A DNA stretch of 63,656 bases, the filler included, from Stramenopiles sp. TOSAG23-3 (taxonomy: Eukaryota), in assembly GCA_900128585.1 (NCBI GenBank). It is 9 parts of 9 records of this genome, joined end to end, with 100 filler letters (N's around TTAATTAATTAA, not from the genome) between each part and the next. Parts side by side here need not be neighbours in the genome. Positions count along the whole stretch, not along the records: positions 58,297 to 60,016 come from LT645484.1; positions 60,117 to 61,836 come from LT645485.1; positions 61,937 to 63,656 come from LT645486.1; 6 more parts are not named here. One strand, given 5' to 3'. The notes beneath the pieces were generated by a model, which was given only the letters and a program-made list of their open reading frames with translations, did not search any database and was not told the origin of the DNA. Both the position numbers and the translations under genes were made by a program. Positions 58,197 through 63,656 of the stretch are shown one piece after another; the stretch's first letter is position 1; every line of letters starts with the position of its first letter.

Positions 58197-58296
58197 NNNN
58201 NNNNNNNNNNNNNNNNNNNNNNNNNNNNNNNNNNNNNNNNTTAATTAATTAANNNNNNNNNNNNNNNNNNNNNNNNNNNNNNNNNNNNNNNNNNNN
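58197..58296. other. Artificial contig linker
   Basis: N44-TTAATTAATTAA-N44. Confidence 0.99.
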
Positions 58297-58299
58297 TCC

Positions 58300-59559
58300 A
58301 TGGGGCCATTCAAAACACTGACTTACGCCAACATCGTTGCCACCAACACTGTGTCCATGGATATCAACAATCAACATACACACAGCACTAATACTATTAC
58401 AGCAGCAGAAGAAGAAAGAATTCATCCTCGAAGAAGAGGACGACGAGGCATCAACAACGCTTCTTCTTCAACAACGCGTGTTGCGAGGAGGGGGGGGGGG
58501 GAGGACATCGATTTCAAGGACATGGATTTGAATGGAGTAAGCGTGGAAGGTTTGTTGCACAAACAGTGGCCGGAGTATTTCACGGATGGAGTATTTTCAA
58601 AATGGAAAACACTGCGGGACGGGTGCTTGTCGAGCAACAGCATTCGCCTTAAAACCCTTGGTAAATACTTGCGCGACTTGCAACAGGACTTTTCCACGTT
58701 TCGACCAAAAAATGGAGTGCCCGGTTACGGCAGGCTCATCGCCGAAGCTATCTTGCACTACCAAGGTTTTGATCTATATCGGCACGATGTCACCGCAAGA
58801 TCCTGTGTCTGGAGCGCTGGTTTGAGCCTAAGGGCAAGGATTGCGTTGCACAAGTTGCTCGATTTGGGAATTCTTGCCATGCATCACGGTAGCAGTAATT
58901 GTACGCGCGAAGACTACGTAACGACACTTAGGAACGTTTTCACCCTTTTATCCGAGGATGAACTGAGGATCAAAGAAACGTTTTGTAACGCAAAGCGAAG
59001 GACCGCAGTGGTCCGTATACAAGCCATTTGTCGTGGGTTTATTGCTCGTTCCCACGCCCACCGCGTAAAGGAGAACGCTGCAGCCGCGAAGTGGCAGGCT
59101 ATTGGAAGGCGGTGTCTGACTTATCATCGTGCACGGCAACGCCCGTTTGAAATCGCAGCTCGTAAAATCCAACGCTGTGTCCTGGTTTTCTTACAGGCGC
59201 TTCGCGCCCTCAAAGTATCCGCAGTGACACAATTTCAAGCAATCTGGAGGGGGGGGGTTACGACCCGTCATTCCCAGAAGAGAGCCGCGGCAATAAAACT
59301 GCAGGCTTTTGTTCGAGGTCACTTGGTTCGTCGCCGTTGCAGAAAAGAGCGTAACATTTTGGAGTTGATGAGCAGGTTCAGTAGGTTGCAGGAAGAATGC
59401 CAAAGTCACACGAGGCGTTTGAAATTCTTTCAGGCGACGCATCTTTCCTTGAATCACCGGCAGACGTTGGAGCTGATGCGTCGGCGAATGAAGCAAAAGC
59501 TCTTCCTAATGAAGCTTGTAGAAGTGAAAGTGATGATTGACCAAGCTCAAAATTCGTGA
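58300..59559 (+). CDS. Protein with about five IQ calmodulin-binding motifs
   Basis: IQAICRGFIAR, WQAIGRRCLTY, IQRCVLVFLQA, FQAIWRGG and LQAFVRGHLVR at regular spacing. Start uncertain because it lies at the contig edge. Confidence 0.8.
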   Translation: MGPFKTLTYANIVATNTVSMDINNQHTHSTNTITAAEEERIHPRRRGRRGINNASSSTTRVARRGGGEDIDFKDMDLNGVSVEGLLHKQWPEYFTDGVFSKWKTLRDGCLSSNSIRLKTLGKYLRDLQQDFSTFRPKNGVPGYGRLIAEAILHYQGFDLYRHDVTARSCVWSAGLSLRARIALHKLLDLGILAMHHGSSNCTREDYVTTLRNVFTLLSEDELRIKETFCNAKRRTAVVRIQAICRGFIARSHAHRVKENAAAAKWQAIGRRCLTYHRARQRPFEIAARKIQRCVLVFLQALRALKVSAVTQFQAIWRGGVTTRHSQKRAAAIKLQAFVRGHLVRRRCRKERNILELMSRFSRLQEECQSHTRRLKFFQATHLSLNHRQTLELMRRRMKQKLFLMKLVEVKVMIDQAQNS

Positions 59560-60016
59560 GTGTCTTTATTATAGAGGTGTTTACCTCGTATGTGTGGTGT
59601 GCGTGTAAACTTTTTTTTAATTAAAAAACTAGCAGGGAGTTAGTGTTACGAAAAATGACAAAAAAAAAGTTCTCTTTTATTTTCACTCTACGCATTTATA
59701 TAGGACATTATGTTACAAGTACAACAAATCATCTAAAGAAAACCAGCGAGAGCAGCAGAATGACGTCGTCAGGGAGGGGGGGGGAGAGGATAGTAGAAGA
59801 GGATGACAACAAAAATATAATTAATAATAATAATAATAAAAAAACAACTCAATCAATCCATCTATTAATATCAGAGAAAGGAACGGGAAAAACAACTGTA
59901 GACAGAAACAATTATTACCCATTGTTGAAACAAAAGAAGCGAGAACAAAACAGAGAGGGGAAAGACCAATAGTAACACACAGCACACACGGGTGAAAATA
60001 TAAATAGGCACGCGTG

Positions 60017-60116
60017 NNNNNNNNNNNNNNNNNNNNNNNNNNNNNNNNNNNNNNNNNNNNTTAATTAATTAANNNNNNNNNNNNNNNNNNNNNNNNNNNN
60101 NNNNNNNNNNNNNNNN
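60017..60116. other. Artificial contig linker
   Basis: N44-TTAATTAATTAA-N44. Confidence 0.99.
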
Positions 60117-60266
60117 TTTAAAAGATCAAACTAAAAAATCGAGATAGGATTAGGGTTGGATTTGAAGTTAGTATTTGATTTAAAATGAGAGTCTTCTTAA
60201 AACATACTATATATTTTGGTTTTTCTATATAAAACGTACTAATGCGCATTTTAAAAATTTTTTACT

Positions 60267-61836
60267 CTACTGCTTCTTTGATTCCCTCTCACCCCACTTT
60301 TCCAGTTCCGTTTTGTACTCTTTCGAGCCTGCTCCAAACTTCTTTCGGGTTTCCTGTAAACGGGAGACATCATCTCTTCCCCTCGTTTCTTGAGCGAGGG
60401 ATGGAGATACTTTCGTCGAAGAGGTCACTTTCGCATTATTCAACCCTTTCCCTTTGTTTGTTATGGACAGTCTCAATTTTTTCTTAAATTTTTGCACATG
60501 CATTAGCTCGTCTGCTTCCATGTGAAATCGCCGTTCCAATTTGCTATGGATAGCTTCGATCTTTTCCATAGTCCTGCGCGAAAATTTGCAGAAACAGCCG
60601 ATGACTTTGTGGTATCGTATGACAAAGCGGAGGAAACGAGGGTTGGTGCTGACACCCAAAGCGTACTCAATGAGCAGCTCGCTACTGGCAAAGACTACGA
60701 AGGCCACATTAATGGTGATGACAAGGATTTCTGCGATCACCAATACCACGGTATTGGTCAGCACGTTCATGTAAAATAGTAAACCTGCGTACAACGTGGC
60801 AAAGCACGCCATCATGCCAAAAGCTTCCAAATCGTTAAGAACAGGCTTATCATACGGTCTTTCGTACAGCTGCACAGCCAAAAACACGCCAACGATCAGT
60901 ATGCCTACGTAAGCTTGCTGTAAAGCGCCATATGTGCTCAAGAACACAGAAACCATTATCACACAGGCTTTCCTCAAAGCAACAATGGTTTCCCACCAAA
61001 TCCGATCCTTCCGATACCCATCGGTAAAGAGCCCAAACTTAAACCGTACCAAGTCGCTATTTCTCGATCGACCCTTGTACCTCAGGAGTGCAAGGAGCGT
61101 TCCTAGTGGCAGCCCAATCGTGTAACATATCAGCATTGGCATTGCCACCAGAAGAGTCATGACTCTGTGCGAATCATCATAGCACGGCACATCATAATCA
61201 CTGCGAAGGTACGCAAAGTGCTCCCCGTCTTCTAGATCGGTGCGGCACCCAAGGATCTTAAACGCCGTGGTGGTTAGGACTGGGTACTGCATGTACCAAA
61301 TCAACGAGAACGCGAGTTCAAATGTTTTGATCGTTGCTTTTTCCAAATCTCCTGTTTTCCCTCCGAAATTTTCCGCAACAGTCGAGCCCGCAGAGGATTT
61401 TCGTTCCGTGTAAAACATAGAGTTTCTGAGAGAATCAAACTCATACGCGTTTATTCCACTCGTTCCGCGAACCAGACGATACGAATCGTCACTGTCCTGG
61501 TCTAGTCTAACGTGGGCTTTGAGTTTCGTGTTGAACAACGCAAAGTAGGAGCTGGAAAATCCCTGTTGGGTCGGCAAGGGCAAATCTAGATCCAGGTTCT
61601 GGCTGCCCGTGAGCACTTCAATGGTTCTGTCGGTGTTTAAATACCTCCAGTAACTGTCACCTATACACCTGGCTTCGTTCGCCCCATTACTTAATTGAAC
61701 GGATTTTGTGTCTTCGTTTTCGCAATTCTGTTTTGAAGACGAGTACGGAGGAGCTGCCCCATAGCTGGGTTTGCAGGTGCACTCACCATCCTCTGAACAA
61801 GATTCTGTTTTCGAGCTCGACGATGATAGACGGTAG
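60267..61836 (-). CDS. C-terminal part of a large surface protein: EGF-like Cys segment plus a multi-TM domain common in protist surface proteins; 5'-truncated
   Basis: Frame is open to the contig edge (CSEDGECTCKPSY upstream). TM-domain motifs YP, YLRSDYDVPCY, FGLFTDGY....WWE....RK and RPY....N.LE. Confidence 0.85.
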
Positions 61837-61936
61837 NNNNNNNNNNNNNNNNNNNNNNNNNNNNNNNNNNNNNNNNNNNNTTAATTAATTAANNNNNNNN
61901 NNNNNNNNNNNNNNNNNNNNNNNNNNNNNNNNNNNN
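61837..61936. other. Artificial contig linker
   Basis: N44-TTAATTAATTAA-N44. Confidence 0.99.
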
Positions 61937-62387
61937 TAATTGTTTTGGCGGTTGAAGTATTAATAAATAAAAAAACACCACTTCTTCTTCTTCTTCTTTC
62001 TTCTTCTTCTTTTTTTTAATTCTTCTTTCTTCTTCTTCTTCTTCTTCTTTCTTCTTCTTCTTCTTCTTTTTTTTTTAATTCTTCTTTTTATTAAATATTA
62101 TTTTTTTATATAATAAATAATAATCAATTTAAATATATATTATTATTATACCTTTTTTTAAATTGAGTATATTATACCTAAATTAGTTCTGAAAACTTAC
62201 TTATGAAAAAAAAGAAGAAAATGTATACATCGAATACCGTCGACTATCACTTGACATCTTCTATACAGTGTACAAGAAGACACTTTCGGTTGAGTCTGTC
62301 TACGGCGGTGTTATTGCTTCAACCTAGCAAATCAATTGCCCCCCCCCCCTAATTCGTAGGAAAAGAAGTCGTTCGAAGGTAAACACA

Positions 62388-63159
62388 ATGTGCTGGAGTG
62401 TGGAAGTCTCGCTGGCGGCTGCGGTGTATGGGTACTTGGTGTCGTACTACTTGCGGCACCGAAACTATTCAAAACGTGACCCTTGGTATGCCCTTTTTCT
62501 CGCCACGTTTACGACGACGCAGCTCTTCGATGCCATCTTTTGGTACCTGAAAGGCGACGGGGAGGACATCCCCTGCGTCGCGGTGAACTACTACCTGTCC
62601 AAGTTTCTGTTGCCCCCGGTACTCTTCTTTCAGCCCTGGGTCCTGTCGCTCTACCCGTCGCAGTCGTGCCTCAAGTTCCGCAAGTGCTACAGGCTGCTCA
62701 CCATAATCGGGTGCTGCGTCATGATAGCCGTGTACAAGTGCAGCACCGTGTGGAAGACCACCACTGGGCCGGACCGATACCCGACCATCCTTTGGGGGGG
62801 GCGTGGAGCTGCCCAAGTGGCTGGTCCAGGCCGGCATCGGCTTCTGGAGCATTGGAGCCTTTACGTTCGTCACGCCATTCCGCTACGCCCTTCAAATTAT
62901 TCTTGTCGGGGGCTGCGTGCTTACGCTCCTGGTCATCTTCGACGGTACGATCATTTTGCTGTCAAAAATGTGCACGTACTGCTTGCTTTTGTCCTTCGTG
63001 TGGGTCCTTGAGCCGTTGTGGACGCCGCCCTCAAAGGAGGCCCAGGCAGAGCTCAAGGCGCAGCAAATGGCACCGCTAATGGAAGCCACGGTCGTCGATT
63101 TTGAGAACGAGGAGAAATCCAACGATGAATCTGTTACATGGGCACAAATCGTTGCGTAA
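62388..63159 (+). CDS. Multi-pass membrane protein starting MCWS (DUF5765-like); one frameshift at the G8 run 62794-62801
   Basis: Removing one G joins ORF 62388 (..PTILWGG) to the hydrophobic ORF 62803..63159 (VELPKWLVQAG..). The unshifted tail is non-hydrophobic and out of character. Confidence 0.75.
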
Positions 63160-63656
63160 AAACAGAAGAGAAAAAAGAAGAGGTTCAATTTGAAAACAAT
63201 ACCATTAAATTAAATTTAAAAGAGAAATTAAAAATTCACACACAACAACAAAATCAAAAGAAAAACAACAACGAGGAGGAGGAGGAACAAAGTTTTACCA
63301 TAAATAAACGTTATAGGCAAACAATATAAATGAAAAACAATAAAAAAATGAATGTGAACGAAGTAAGAATGAAGAATAAAAAAAAAATTGAACTCTTTCT
63401 GAAGAAGAAAGTTTAGAGTGTTGTACTTCTATATTGTATAATTGTATTCTTTTATTAGGAGTAAGATTCTTAAAAGATTCTTAACCATCAGAAATGAAAT
63501 GAAACAAACCAAAAATAAAACCATCTACAATTAAGTATTATAATATCTAGAGGATAACTATGGGAGACACTTTTGTAATAATAAAGCCATTGTAGATATA
63601 GGGATTTAGATGATTTATTAGAAATTATATTAATTATAACTAAATAGAATGAAAAA

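Noticed and set aside
11228..61936. Eight identical TTAATTAATTAA palindromes, regularly spaced (about 11.3 kb, then 1.8 kb)
   Set aside because: Artificial six-frame-stop linkers; the spacing reflects contigs sorted by length. ORFs ending in X..LIN are artefacts of them.
1..63656. Alternative genetic code, CRISPR array, transposase or viral hallmark genes
   Set aside because: Conserved proteins translate fully in the standard code with all three stops used. No repeat-spacer array or mobile-element protein motif was found.

Overview
This is eukaryotic nuclear DNA in the standard genetic code, not one continuous locus. Eight identical 100-bp artificial linkers (44 N + TTAATTAATTAA + 44 N) join nine contigs sorted by length (11227, 11223, 11182, 11172, 11169, 1723, 1720, 1720, 1720 bp), so gene neighbourhood across linkers means nothing. 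Genes are long and almost intron-free, separated by very AT-rich low-complexity spacers. The content fits a flagellated protist, perhaps a heterotrophic stramenopile (inference, low confidence). A fold-back duplication at one contig end suggests an MDA/single-cell assembly. Recognisable genes: SEPSECS, COA4-like, an EF-hand Kv channel, NCX, a CBM9-like and a GH18-like secreted protein, DOLPP1, an AGC-type pseudokinase, GUF1, a 2OG-Fe(II) oxygenase, SF-assemblin-like, She9/Mdm33, a Slo-type K+ channel, a degenerate dynein heavy chain, VPS35L, a triple-KH protein, SPCS3, a WW coiled-coil protein, an S1 protease, an IQ protein and two membrane proteins. No rRNA, tRNA, CRISPR array or transposase was recognised. 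Best leads: (1) a TAAGA-N1-2-TCTTA palindrome recurring in 3' gene flanks on six contigs; (2) a full-length but apparently ATPase-dead, C-terminally truncated dynein; (3) two unrelated genes broken by the same +1 shift at GGG-GGG-CG; (4) a Kv channel with EF-hands instead of a T1 domain; (5) a secreted repeat protein with SLLE/SFLQ processing-like sites. All family calls are by eye; no searches were run.
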